Assembly: GCA_964587795.1 (NCBI GenBank)
Contig: CAZPMU010000001.1
Location: 64,820 to 128,819, forward strand
Reading direction: 5' to 3'
DNA: 64,000 bases
Source: an uncultured Dehalococcoidia bacterium
GTDB taxonomy: Bacteria > Chloroflexota > Dehalococcoidia > Lucifugimonadales > UBA3495
Shown: positions 1-9,108 of the stretch, piece by piece
Position numbering within the stretch: position 1 is the first letter of the stretch
How the letters are laid out: each line of letters opens with the position of its first letter
Position numbers and translations under genes: made by a program
Notes under the pieces: model-generated
Databases searched by the model: none
Seen by the model: the letters and a program-made list of their open reading frames with translations, nothing else
Told to the model about the DNA's origin: nothing

Positions 1-510
1 CGTGGCAAAACCCTTGACGCCATAATGGACGCCAACAGGAAGGTCGACCGCGCCCTGCGAGCCGGGGCCATGGCGGTGGGCGCGGGAGTGAGAATTCAGA
101 CCATCCCCGGATATATGCCCCTGGCGCAGAACGGCCAGATGAACGAGATTTTTCGACCGATAGCGGCGCAACTGGTGGGGGACGATGGTGTAGGGCATGT
201 TGCCCACCGAACCGGGTCTACTGACATGGGGGACATCAGCCAGATAATGCCGGCGATACATCCCTATGTGGGGGGCGCCACCGGCCTGGGCCATGGCGCA
301 GACTACGTGGTGCAGGACTACCAACTGGCGGTTATCACGGCTGCCAAGGCCATGGCCGCCACGGTTGTAGACCTGCTGGGAGACGGAGCCAGCGCCGGCA
401 ACAAGGTGGTAGCGGAACACCGCCCGGAAATGACCCGATCCGAATACCTGAAATTTATGCGGTCTCTGGCCAGCGAACAGACCTTCGAGGCGGATAACAA
501 TGTCGACTAG
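1..510 (+). CDS. M20-family amidohydrolase, C-terminal part (gene starts upstream of window)
   Basis: Frame 1 is open from nt 1. The tail GSTDMGDISQIMPAIHPYVGG...GHGADYVVQDY is colinear with the C-terminus of the next ORF (GSTDMGDLSHLIPVCHPYAAG...GHSKEYLVRDY). Confidence 0.7.
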   Translation, partial: RGKTLDAIMDANRKVDRALRAGAMAVGAGVRIQTIPGYMPLAQNGQMNEIFRPIAAQLVGDDGVGHVAHRTGSTDMGDISQIMPAIHPYVGGATGLGHGADYVVQDYQLAVITAAKAMAATVVDLLGDGASAGNKVVAEHRPEMTRSEYLKFMRSLASEQTFEADNNVD

Positions 511-1846
511 AGAAGAACTAAAAAGACGGGCTTGTGCCGCCATTGATCGGTACCGGGACGACCTTATCGGGGTGTCCCGCAAAATCCTGGAGAACCCGGA
601 ACCCGGTTTCAGCGAGTACAAGACGGCTCAACTCGTGGCGCACAAGTTCGACGAAATGGGTGTCGGCTATCGGAGTGGCCTGGCCATTACCGGTGTTAAG
701 GGACACATAGCAGCCGGCGGTGGAGCAGGACCAAGAGTCGCAGTGATCGGTGAGTTGGACTCGCTCATTGTCAACGACCACCCGCATGCTGATGGGGTGA
801 CTGGGGCTGCCCACGCCTGCGGTCATCACTGCCAGATCGGGATGATGCTGGGAGCGGTACGGGGCCTTACTCAACCCGACGTGCTGCCCGAGTTGTCCGG
901 CGAACTGGTTCCCTTCGCTGTGCCTGCCGAGGAATTTATAGAGGTAGCCAGGAGACTGCAGCTTCGTGAAGAAGGTAAGCTGGAGTTTATGGGTGGGAAG
1001 CAGGAGCTTATTCGACTTGGTGAATTCGACGACGTGGATATGGCGATGATGTGCCATACCGCCAGCGATATGGGTGATTACAAGTTTGCTGTTGGCGGTA
1101 CCAGCAATGGCCACGTGGTTAAGTACGTTCAGTTCCTGGGGCGAGGCGCGCATGCCGGCAGCGCTCCCCACATGGGAATCAACGCCCTTAACGCTGCCTC
1201 CTTTGCTCTCCAGGCCATACACAATAACCGAGAAGTATTCCGGGGCGAGGATACGGTGCGGGTACACGGAATAATGACCAAGGGTGGGGAGGCGGTCAAC
1301 GCTGTGCCTGCTGACGTGCGTCTGGAATGGAGGGTGCGTTCTGCCACCCCCAAGGCTGTGGTCCGCAATTCAGCCATAGTTGACCGGTGCTTCAAGGCTG
1401 GCGCGCTGGCAGTAGGCGCGCAGGTGAATATAACCAATATTCCTGGCTACTTACCGATGAAGCACGACACCCACCTGCAGGAGTTGTTCCGCCAGAACGC
1501 TTCTACTCTGGTGGGCGAGTCTCGTACGCTTGTGATTCCCGGCCGGCGCAACCGGGGCGGTTCGACTGACATGGGCGACTTGAGCCACCTGATCCCCGTC
1601 TGCCACCCCTATGCCGCCGGCGCAGTCGGTTCCGGCCATAGTAAGGAATATTTGGTAAGAGATTATGAAACCGCCGTCATCAATCCCGCCAAGATTATGG
1701 CCATGGTGGTAATAGACCTGTTAGCCGAGGACGCAAAGAAGGCCAAAGAGGTAATGAGTTCTCACCGGCCAGTTATGAAGAAAGACGCCTACTTGCGGTT
1801 CCAGCGGCAACGGGCCGAAGTGATAGAGTTTGACGGCTCCCAGTAG
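500..1846 (+). CDS. M20-family amidohydrolase / peptidase (M20D, aminoacylase-like)
   Basis: 448 aa. Carries an HACGHH metal-site motif, a lid/dimerisation region and a C-terminal GSTDMGD motif. The start overlaps the previous stop by 11 nt (ATGTCGACTAG). Confidence 0.75.
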   Translation: MSTREELKRRACAAIDRYRDDLIGVSRKILENPEPGFSEYKTAQLVAHKFDEMGVGYRSGLAITGVKGHIAAGGGAGPRVAVIGELDSLIVNDHPHADGVTGAAHACGHHCQIGMMLGAVRGLTQPDVLPELSGELVPFAVPAEEFIEVARRLQLREEGKLEFMGGKQELIRLGEFDDVDMAMMCHTASDMGDYKFAVGGTSNGHVVKYVQFLGRGAHAGSAPHMGINALNAASFALQAIHNNREVFRGEDTVRVHGIMTKGGEAVNAVPADVRLEWRVRSATPKAVVRNSAIVDRCFKAGALAVGAQVNITNIPGYLPMKHDTHLQELFRQNASTLVGESRTLVIPGRRNRGGSTDMGDLSHLIPVCHPYAAGAVGSGHSKEYLVRDYETAVINPAKIMAMVVIDLLAEDAKKAKEVMSSHRPVMKKDAYLRFQRQRAEVIEFDGSQ

Positions 1847-1873
1847 CCCACGGGAAACGGTGAAGATTGCCAA

Positions 1874-1908
1874 GGGTCGCCCTATGACGGGCGGCCCTTT
1901 CTTTGTTT
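1874..1908 (+). terminator. Rho-independent terminator after the M20 pair
   Basis: GGGTCGCCC (1874-1882) pairs with GGGCGGCCC (1889-1897) over a 6-nt loop. It is followed by TTTCTTTGTTT. Confidence 0.7.
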
Positions 1909-1918
1909 GCCGCGGACC

Positions 1919-2542
1919 CTAGAACAGGCCCGGCGACTCCCACAGGATTGGCAGGTATTGGGCACAGGCGCCTGAAATCAGGGGAACCGTAAGATTGTCA
2001 TCGAAGGGCAGGGGAGCAAGTTCAACCAATCCGGCGACTACTGCTGCGGTTACCAGAACCCAGTGGAATTCCAGGACGCCAGTGACCTCCAGGACGCCAA
2101 CCACAAGAAGAGACGCCGCGACGAACGCCACAGTGCCTACAGGGGACTTTCCCAGAATTCTGGGGCCTGGAGTCGGCCTGCCTATTAAGGCGGCGGCAGG
2201 GTCACCGAGGGAAAGAAAGAGCAATACCGCCACCGCAATTTCCTTGTCAAAGATCAGGAACGAAATACAGGCGGCAATCAGGAGGTAGGTAGCCCCGGTA
2301 ATTCGAGCCTCCTCTTCCTTTTTTAGCAGCAAGCTTAACCAATACAGGAACAAGCGGTTGAGCCAGGGGATTCGGAATCTTATAAGATCCAGCGCCAGGC
2401 TAACCGCTGCCATTATCCCTATCAAGAGAGCGGGGAGCGGTTCCGGGAGGAAAAGGGCTACAACCGGGATCGCCGTTCCAACCGCGGCATGAAACAGCCT
2501 TCTAGGCCAGGGTGGCCCTTTGCTCACATCTACGGTCAACAA
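1919..2542 (-). CDS. Polytopic membrane protein, polyprenol/dolichol/phytol kinase (CTP-transferase 1) family
   Basis: 207 aa with about 6 hydrophobic helices. The C-terminal LPFDDNLTVPLISG motif is typical of this kinase family. Confidence 0.55.
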   Translation of the reverse strand: MLTVDVSKGPPWPRRLFHAAVGTAIPVVALFLPEPLPALLIGIMAAVSLALDLIRFRIPWLNRLFLYWLSLLLKKEEEARITGATYLLIAACISFLIFDKEIAVAVLLFLSLGDPAAALIGRPTPGPRILGKSPVGTVAFVAASLLVVGVLEVTGVLEFHWVLVTAAVVAGLVELAPLPFDDNLTVPLISGACAQYLPILWESPGLF

Positions 2543-2640
2543 TGGGCCTCGCTTCCCAATAACGGCCGATTACTTTTGGAACAACGCCCCCCAGTTTGAT
2601 CCTGACGAGTCATCTGAGGGTTCAGGAGTCAGCAAGGGTT

Positions 2641-3258
2641 CTAGAATTCAATAGTCAGCCCGTCGCCGGCCCGCCACCGCAACTCTCGAATCTCTGCGTC
2701 CTTCGGCACTTCAAAGATCAGCCAGCCGTCAACGCCGAATCCCTGCTGCAATTCAAAGGCCCTGGTTGAACCATCAACGTAAGTAGCGTTCCAGAGAAAG
2801 CAGAGGTCTGCCGGATTCTGGAAGGGGCACCTGGCGACCCTTTGACCAGAGATATTTTCGGGGGCATCAATTTCCTCGGGCCGTTCCTTTACATCAATGG
2901 GGAAGTACTTGTCGTGGAAGAAGTCGCGCACTTCGGCGGCCCCCTGATCTATGTCCACAATGGCGCTGGTTGCCTTGTGGTTTTCCACCTTTACCCGAAG
3001 CATCAGAAGTTCCTGATCTTCCTCCGTAGGGGTGATTCGATAGTACTTTGGCGCCTCGCCCGTGCGCGGCAGCGTGTAGATTAACTCAGGCTCCCTTTCC
3101 ATAGCCACTACGCTGAGGTGGAGTGTACGGCCGGTATAGTACTTGCCCAGGGCCGGCGAAACATCGTCGCACGCCATCGCCGCCAATAGTAGGGCCACTA
3201 GGGCTACCAAAATCAAGGGCCGAAAGAGTTTTGCGGTTGGTTCGGAAAGCCTGCTCAT
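2641..3258 (-). CDS. Lipoprotein, DUF4352-like beta-sandwich (hypothetical)
   Basis: Signal peptide plus lipobox LLLAAMAC. The beta-rich C-terminus (GWLIFEVPKDAEI) resembles DUF4352 proteins. Confidence 0.45.
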   Translation of the reverse strand: MSRLSEPTAKLFRPLILVALVALLLAAMACDDVSPALGKYYTGRTLHLSVVAMEREPELIYTLPRTGEAPKYYRITPTEEDQELLMLRVKVENHKATSAIVDIDQGAAEVRDFFHDKYFPIDVKERPEEIDAPENISGQRVARCPFQNPADLCFLWNATYVDGSTRAFELQQGFGVDGWLIFEVPKDAEIRELRWRAGDGLTIEF

Positions 3259-3265
3259 ATCCTCT

Positions 3266-4459
3266 CTAGAAACCGGTGGTGGTCAATGTGGGCAGCTGCC
3301 TCAAGCGTGCTACCAGGTCCTGCAGCACCCCCAGCAAATATTCCACCTCTTCGTCCGTATTGTCCTTGCCCAGTGTGATACGCAGGCTGCTGCGAGCCTG
3401 CTCTGCGGTTTGTCCCAGCGCCAGCAAAACGTGGGAAGGTTCAAGCGACCCGGAACTGCACGCGCTGCCGCTGGATGCCGCTATTCCTGCCATGTCCAAA
3501 CCAAGGAGTATGGATTCTCCTTCTACTCCGTCAAAGGACAGGTTTACATTGTTAGGCAGACGTTCCGAGGGGTGCCCGTTCAGGCTTGCGTCCGGTATGG
3601 TCGCGGAAACGTCGCCGATGATCCTGTCCCGCAACAGGGCGCAACGATCGCTGGCCGATTCTCTGCCTGCATCAGCCAGTTCCAAGGCTGCGGTCAGGCC
3701 AACAATACCGGCGATATTCTCAGTGCCTGATCTCCTTTCGCGTTCCTGGCCGCCTCCCAGCAAGAGGGGCAGGAAGGGTGTACCCCTTTTGACAAACAGG
3801 GCGCCCGTCCCTTTCGGGCCGTAAAACTTGTGACCGGACAAACTCATCATGTCCACGCCAAGGCTGCGAACATTCAGGTCCAGAAACCCTGCTGCCTGTA
3901 CCGCATCCGTGTGCATGACTATAGTACGGTCCAGTTCCCTACCGCGTTTCTGTACCGCCTGTGAAATCTCCGTTATTGGATTGATCGTGCCAATTTCGTT
4001 ATTGGCGTACATCAGAGAGACTACCGTGGTTCTTGCGCCCGTGGCATTGTACACCTTCTCCGGGCTAACTGCGCCGAACTGGTCAACTGGCAGGTAAGTG
4101 ACTTCGTAGCCCAGGTTTTCCAGGTACTGACAGGTGTGCAGCACGGCATGATGTTCTACGCTGGAGGTAATGATGTGGTTTCCGGTTTCGCGCAGGGCTG
4201 TAGCGGCCCCAATAATAGCGGCGTTATCGGACTCAGTACCGCCGCTGGTAAATACTACCTCGCTGCTCCGGCAGCCCAACACCTTTGCCACCCTCTCACG
4301 GGAGTTGTCCAACGCGTGCCGCGCCTCCTGCCCTACAGTGTGGATGCTGGAGGGGTTCCCATACAGCTGAGTGAAGTAGGGAAGCATGGCCTCCAGTACG
4401 CGAGGGTCGGTGGGCGTGGTACCCGCGTGGTCCAGGTAAATGAAGCCCGGAGATGACAT
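3266..4459 (-). CDS. nifS: Cysteine desulfurase (class I, NifS/IscS type)
   Basis: [11 protein letters not shown]-terminus, PLP-lysine motif [19 protein letters not shown], and active-site loop SSGSACSSG. Confidence 0.9.
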   Translation of the reverse strand: MSSPGFIYLDHAGTTPTDPRVLEAMLPYFTQLYGNPSSIHTVGQEARHALDNSRERVAKVLGCRSSEVVFTSGGTESDNAAIIGAATALRETGNHIITSSVEHHAVLHTCQYLENLGYEVTYLPVDQFGAVSPEKVYNATGARTTVVSLMYANNEIGTINPITEISQAVQKRGRELDRTIVMHTDAVQAAGFLDLNVRSLGVDMMSLSGHKFYGPKGTGALFVKRGTPFLPLLLGGGQERERRSGTENIAGIVGLTAALELADAGRESASDRCALLRDRIIGDVSATIPDASLNGHPSERLPNNVNLSFDGVEGESILLGLDMAGIAASSGSACSSGSLEPSHVLLALGQTAEQARSSLRITLGKDNTDEEVEYLLGVLQDLVARLRQLPTLTTTGF

Positions 4460-4589
4460 AGCAACCTCGGATTTGGCCTGCCCAACATTTTAGCACAGTG
4501 ACCTTGGGGAAGTGGGTATTGATTTGGCTGCCTGACGAAATCCTTCGCTAGTGGATTCAGGCGCCCTGGCAAACGGCGCGTAAGGCGGT

Positions 4590-5696
4590 CTACCGCCGAA
4601 GCCGACTCGACTTGATAAACTCCACAATCTCGATCCGGTTCAGCAACCCGACAGGCTGACCATCTCTTACCAGGGCTATCACCTGCTCTCCCGTTTCTTC
4701 CATTTTCTCCAGGGCATCGAAGACCGGCGTCGCCACATCAATTGTAGGGAAGGATGACAGTGGGATCATCAATTCCGCCAACTTGGCATTTTCGAGCTTC
4801 TCACGGCCGACGTAGATAAGCTGTCTGCCTGTCACAACCCCATAAGGGGGCCCATCCACCAGAATACCCGTGTAACCGGTCACAAACAGCGCCATAAGCG
4901 CCTCGGGGGACATGGCCGGCAAGTGGCCTGGCAACCTTTGCCAGACACCGGAAAGGGCTTCCTCCACTCGGCGAGACCGGAGAGACTGCCTGGCTGACTC
5001 CTGCCGGTAGTTGGACGTCGCGACGTAAAGCAGGAAGCCCCCCACCAGGGCCAGCCAAATGGCCTGGAAGTTCCCCGACATGGCCCAGAATATTCCGCCG
5101 GCCACCATGATTAGGCCGATCCCCTGGCCGGCGTGCAGCGCTACCCTGGTAGCCAGCCAATAATTGCCCGTGGCCCCCCAGATGCAGGCGCGGAGTACAC
5201 GCCCGCCATCCAGGGGAAAGCCAGGCAGCATGTTGAAAACGCCCAGGGAAAGATTAATGGCAAAAAGGGTTACCAGGACGGCATTCAGATGCGAGTTGTA
5301 CCCTCCAGCCAGATCCCATGCCAGCCAGAGAGCAAATGCCAGGGCCAGGCTGGTCACCGGGCCTACAACGGAGATCAGGAATTCCGTTAAAGGCCTCTCG
5401 GCATCGTGCCCCAGCTGGGAAACACCGCCAAAGATGAAGAGAGTAATTCCCTTTACTGGTATGCCCCAGGCCAACGCTACCAGACTGTGAGATAGTTCGT
5501 GCAGCAGGACCGACAGGAAAAAGAGCGCCGTGGCAAGCACGGCCACCGCCCATCGTGATTCTGCAGTCCACCTTGGGTACATGTCCTGAAAGTTGGAGGA
5601 CATGAGGAAGATTACCAGGGCGAAAACGATCAGCCAACTGTAGTTTATACCCAGTGGAATGCCGAAAATCCTGCCTAATCGGATTGACGAATCCAT
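4590..5696 (-). CDS. M50 site-2 metalloprotease with C-terminal CBS pair
   Basis: HELSHSLVA (HExxH) lies within a transmembrane helix. An NMLPGFPLDGGR motif is present, and the C-terminal region is CBS-like. Confidence 0.85.
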   Translation of the reverse strand: MDSSIRLGRIFGIPLGINYSWLIVFALVIFLMSSNFQDMYPRWTAESRWAVAVLATALFFLSVLLHELSHSLVALAWGIPVKGITLFIFGGVSQLGHDAERPLTEFLISVVGPVTSLALAFALWLAWDLAGGYNSHLNAVLVTLFAINLSLGVFNMLPGFPLDGGRVLRACIWGATGNYWLATRVALHAGQGIGLIMVAGGIFWAMSGNFQAIWLALVGGFLLYVATSNYRQESARQSLRSRRVEEALSGVWQRLPGHLPAMSPEALMALFVTGYTGILVDGPPYGVVTGRQLIYVGREKLENAKLAELMIPLSSFPTIDVATPVFDALEKMEETGEQVIALVRDGQPVGLLNRIEIVEFIKSSRLRR

Positions 5697-5859
5697 GTCG
5701 TTGTAACAATCACCTCAGGTGGAAAAAAGAACAGGACCTTACTCTCATTAAATCATACGATGGTTTGCCCGGCTACAGATGCGGCTAGTCCCGGTTGGTC
5801 AAGTTGCATGGCGGAACGACAGTGGGAAGGGAGAGGGGCGCCTCATCCGGCGCAGGGGT

Positions 5860-6786
5860 TCAGGTTAGACTCGCAGAAACAGGCGAATTTCGGGATGCCG
5901 CAGTCAGGCCAATTATCTTGTAGATCAATTTGGCGGCAATGTAAGAACATGCAGGAGGACCATCGCGGGGAGACAGTTCATTCACATCGAAGCCCACGAT
6001 TCGGCGGGTTGCGGCCACGCGAGCCAGCAGGGCCATTACGTCGCTCCAGAACATACCGCCCGGTTCAGGGGTACCCACGGCTGCCATCAGGGAAGGGTCC
6101 ATAACGTCCAGGTCCAGGCTTATGTAAACTTCCTGGTTCAGGCTCGCAACTACCCGTTCCGCAAATACATTTGCCTGTTCGCCGGCAGTAGGGGGCCAGC
6201 CGAATACGGGGATAGACTTTTCCTTGAGATAGTCCCTTTCGTCGGGGGCCATAGTGCGCACGCCGGCCAGGGTAACAGGGCACCTTTCGGTTAAGCGGCG
6301 TGCACCCGACGCATGGCCCCAGGAAGTGCCCAGGTACTCGTCCTTCAGGTCCGCATGGGCATCCAGATATAGCACTGACATTTGGGGATATTGCGCCAGG
6401 TGGGCCAGGGCCGATCCTATGCAGACGGAGTGGTCTCCACCAATTACGCCCAACAGGCGGTTAGGAGAAAGGTACTGCTCAACTGCCTGCCTGACCCTTT
6501 CCGTCATTTTCTTGGGGTCGCCCGTGTGTGGTTCCAGGGCGGGGGTGGTATAAATGCCTACCTGCGATACATCCTGGTCCAGTTCCCAGTCGTAATCTTC
6601 CAGCGCATAGGAGGCTTCTATTATTGCCGCAGGGCCCAGGCGGGCGCCGCTGCGAACGGAAGTGGTGCTGTCGCATGGCACGGGGATAAGCACGGCCCCG
6701 GCAGTTGAAAGGTCGCTTTGATGCGGTGGCAAAGCCAAAAAATTAGCCGGGATCCAGGGCAAAGCGCTGTCCTTTCTCCCAGCCAT
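5860..6786 (-). CDS. speB: Agmatinase (arginase/ureohydrolase family)
   Basis: Mn-site motifs GGDHSV, DAHADL and SLDLDVMDP. Lies directly downstream of AdoMet decarboxylase. Confidence 0.85.
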   Translation of the reverse strand: MAGRKDSALPWIPANFLALPPHQSDLSTAGAVLIPVPCDSTTSVRSGARLGPAAIIEASYALEDYDWELDQDVSQVGIYTTPALEPHTGDPKKMTERVRQAVEQYLSPNRLLGVIGGDHSVCIGSALAHLAQYPQMSVLYLDAHADLKDEYLGTSWGHASGARRLTERCPVTLAGVRTMAPDERDYLKEKSIPVFGWPPTAGEQANVFAERVVASLNQEVYISLDLDVMDPSLMAAVGTPEPGGMFWSDVMALLARVAATRRIVGFDVNELSPRDGPPACSYIAAKLIYKIIGLTAASRNSPVSASLT

Positions 6787-6802
6787 ATTCTGTAAAACTC
6801 TC

Positions 6803-7210
6803 TTATGACCGCAGGGCCGAACGCTGTTCCTGGGTTTCGCTGAGTCCCTGGTCTTTGTTCAGCCATTCCAGGCCTCGGTCCAGCAACCAGGTTTTGACTT
6901 CGGTCAAGTCAAAGAGATCTTTGGCATCCCGCGTGGCCTGATCGTTGTCGAAAGACTTGCAGGAAAAGATATCGATATTGACGTAGTTCCGGTAAGGGAA
7001 GGTATGGATGCTGATATGGCTCTCCGCAATGATCACAAATCCCGATACTCCGGCGTCCTCGATCTTGGGACCATTGTATTCCAGCACATTGGGCTCAGTT
7101 ATCCTGGTCATACCGAGGTTGTCAGGATAGTGTGTCAAGAAGTTCCTTACCAGTTCTACGTCCCACATTTTTCCGGTGTCGCCGGCGTATCCGTCAATAA
7201 CCAGGTGCAT
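6803..7210 (-). CDS. speH: S-adenosylmethionine decarboxylase proenzyme (pyruvoyl, small bacterial/archaeal type)
   Basis: [11 protein letters not shown] self-cleavage motif. I place the start at ATG 7210 ([13 protein letters not shown] upstream) rather than the track start at 7285. Confidence 0.85.
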   Translation of the reverse strand: MHLVIDGYAGDTGKMWDVELVRNFLTHYPDNLGMTRITEPNVLEYNGPKIEDAGVSGFVIIAESHISIHTFPYRNYVNIDIFSCKSFDNDQATRDAKDLFDLTEVKTWLLDRGLEWLNKDQGLSETQEQRSALRS

Positions 7211-7247
7211 TTTTCCTGTCTTTCGCCTCCGGTAGCTAAAAATCAAG

Positions 7248-7269
7248 CGGGGGACACTTCTGTCCCCCG
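7248..7269 (-). promoter_or_regulatory. Terminator-like hairpin inside the speH 5' leader (candidate attenuator)
   Basis: On the minus strand, CGGGGGACA-GAAG-TGTCCCCCG forms a 9-bp GC stem. It is followed by CTTGATTTTT and lies about 40 nt upstream of the speH ATG. A TTGAAG-17-TATTCT promoter-like pair lies further upstream on the same strand. Confidence 0.4.
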
Positions 7270-7417
7270 GTCTATGTCTTGGCAAACAGCGAACTATAGA
7301 ATATCATCACTAATGCTTTTCTTCAACGCTGTAGATTGGGAGCGAACAGGGGATTCGGGGGAGCCTGATTCACGATTGGCCGCTTGATGGCAAGGCTGTC
7401 CTTTCACCCTTAGCGAT

Positions 7418-8380
7418 ATGGAAGACCAAAACACCAACGATATTATGATCCAGGCCACGGATCTTACTCACTTCTATGGGCCGCAGCCCGCCATTGAAGA
7501 GGTGAACTTTGGCGTAAAGCGTGGCGAGATTCTCGGGTTCCTGGGCCCCAACGGGGCGGGCAAGACTACAACCATGCGGATTTTGACGGGGTTTATGCCG
7601 CCCACCGAAGGCAAAGTAACCCTTGCAGGCTACGATGTGGTTGAGCAATCCCTGGAGATCCGCAAACGCATTGGATACCTTCCTGAAACGGTGCCGCTGC
7701 ACACAGAGATGCAGGTAACCAATTATCTGAAATACATGGGAACCCTGCGTGCCATGCCAAGCCGGCAGATTAAGCGTCGGGTGGGCGAAGTGATTGATGT
7801 TTGCCGGCTGCAGGACTATCACAAGACGATAATTGGCAAGCTGTCCAAGGGCTTCCGGCAAAGGGTAGGAATTGCTCAGGCCATACTTCACGAACCCGAA
7901 GTGCTGGTACTGGACGAGCCAACCATTGGCATTGACCCCATTCAGGTGGTGGAGACCAGGCGTCTGATCCAGGAATTGGGCCGAGAACAAACGGTTGTGT
8001 TGAGCAGTCATATACTCCCCGAAGTGAATATGATCTGCGAAAGGGTACTCATCATTCACGAAGGGCACATTGTGGCCGAAGACACTCCCGGCAACCTGGC
8101 ACAAAGGCTTCAGGGTGTGGACCAGCTTCAGGTGGAGGTTGGCGGCCCGGCGCAGGAGGTCCTGTCAACGCTGCGCCGTGTTCCAGGGGTAACTGAAGTG
8201 ACCCAGCGTTACAACCAGGGCCGCAACGTCTTCGTTGTCCAGGTGCAGCAGGGCCGTGACCTGCGGGACGAGATTTCGCGAGCTATCGTTAGCAATGGCT
8301 GGAGCCTGCTGAGCATGCAGTTGGTTAGCATGAGCCTGGAGGACATATTCCTGAGGCTAACTACCCACGAGGAGCTGTAA
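7418..8380 (+). CDS. ABC transporter ATP-binding protein (ABC-2 / GldA-like)
   Basis: Walker A GPNGAGKTT, signature LSKGFRQR, Walker B VLVLDEP. Confidence 0.9.
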   Translation: MEDQNTNDIMIQATDLTHFYGPQPAIEEVNFGVKRGEILGFLGPNGAGKTTTMRILTGFMPPTEGKVTLAGYDVVEQSLEIRKRIGYLPETVPLHTEMQVTNYLKYMGTLRAMPSRQIKRRVGEVIDVCRLQDYHKTIIGKLSKGFRQRVGIAQAILHEPEVLVLDEPTIGIDPIQVVETRRLIQELGREQTVVLSSHILPEVNMICERVLIIHEGHIVAEDTPGNLAQRLQGVDQLQVEVGGPAQEVLSTLRRVPGVTEVTQRYNQGRNVFVVQVQQGRDLRDEISRAIVSNGWSLLSMQLVSMSLEDIFLRLTTHEEL

Positions 8381-8381
8381 A

Positions 8382-9107
8382 ATGCGCACAATCCAGGCGG
8401 TGGCCTGGAAGGAGATTCAAGTCTATTTCGGCACGCCCACTGCGTACATAGTTGGCATGATTTTCCTGGCGCTTACCGGGATTGTGTTTGCCTTTGGAGT
8501 GGTGCCCAGCGAGAACAATCCCTTCCCAGAAGCCACTTTGGATACCTTCTTCACCTGGACTTCCCTCTTCCTGATTTTCCTTCCTCCGGCTCTGACCATG
8601 CGTCTCCTGGCGGAGGAGCAAAAGCTTGGAACTATTGAGTTGCTGCTGACTTCGCCGGTCAGGGACTGGGAGATAATCCTGGGGAAGTACCTGGCCAGCT
8701 TTGCTTTCCTGCTGGCGATGCTTGCTCTGACTCTTTACTACCCGCTACTCCTCTACATCTTCGCCGAACCCGACCCGGGGCCTCTCTATGCAGGTTATCT
8801 CGGGCTGATTCTGTACGGCGCCGCGGCCCTGGCAATCGGGACGCTGACATCTACCATTACCAGCAACCAGATAGTCGCGCTGATCGTAGGTATTGGTGTG
8901 ATTGGGGCCTTGTATGTCGTCCATTTCAGTACCGACATAGTAGGAGGGCTGGCTTCTGTACTGATCAGTGAAATCGGGTTCCAGTCCCACTACGAGGACT
9001 TTGGCCGGGGAGTAATCGACACAAAGCACGTGGTGTATTTTCTTAGTGTGACCGCAGTTTTTTTGTTCCTGGCGATCAGGGCCCTGGAATTCCGACGATG
9101 GAGATAG
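8382..9107 (+). CDS. ABC-2 type permease (GldF-like)
   Basis: 241 aa with 6 predicted transmembrane helices. Starts 1 nt after the ATPase stop. Confidence 0.8.
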   Translation: MRTIQAVAWKEIQVYFGTPTAYIVGMIFLALTGIVFAFGVVPSENNPFPEATLDTFFTWTSLFLIFLPPALTMRLLAEEQKLGTIELLLTSPVRDWEIILGKYLASFAFLLAMLALTLYYPLLLYIFAEPDPGPLYAGYLGLILYGAAALAIGTLTSTITSNQIVALIVGIGVIGALYVVHFSTDIVGGLASVLISEIGFQSHYEDFGRGVIDTKHVVYFLSVTAVFLFLAIRALEFRRWR

Positions 9108-9108
9108 A

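Noticed and set aside
6803-7285. N-terminally extended ORF calls in the track (speH 7285; Nudix 52970; hypothetical 52899; DUF1800 61004; DUF1501 62541; dppF 56415; rimI 20161; ribE 32662; DUF255 39271).
   Set aside because: In each case an internal ATG sits behind a good SD and coincides with the start of family homology. The extensions are Arg/Pro-rich or cross promoter-like low-GC DNA.
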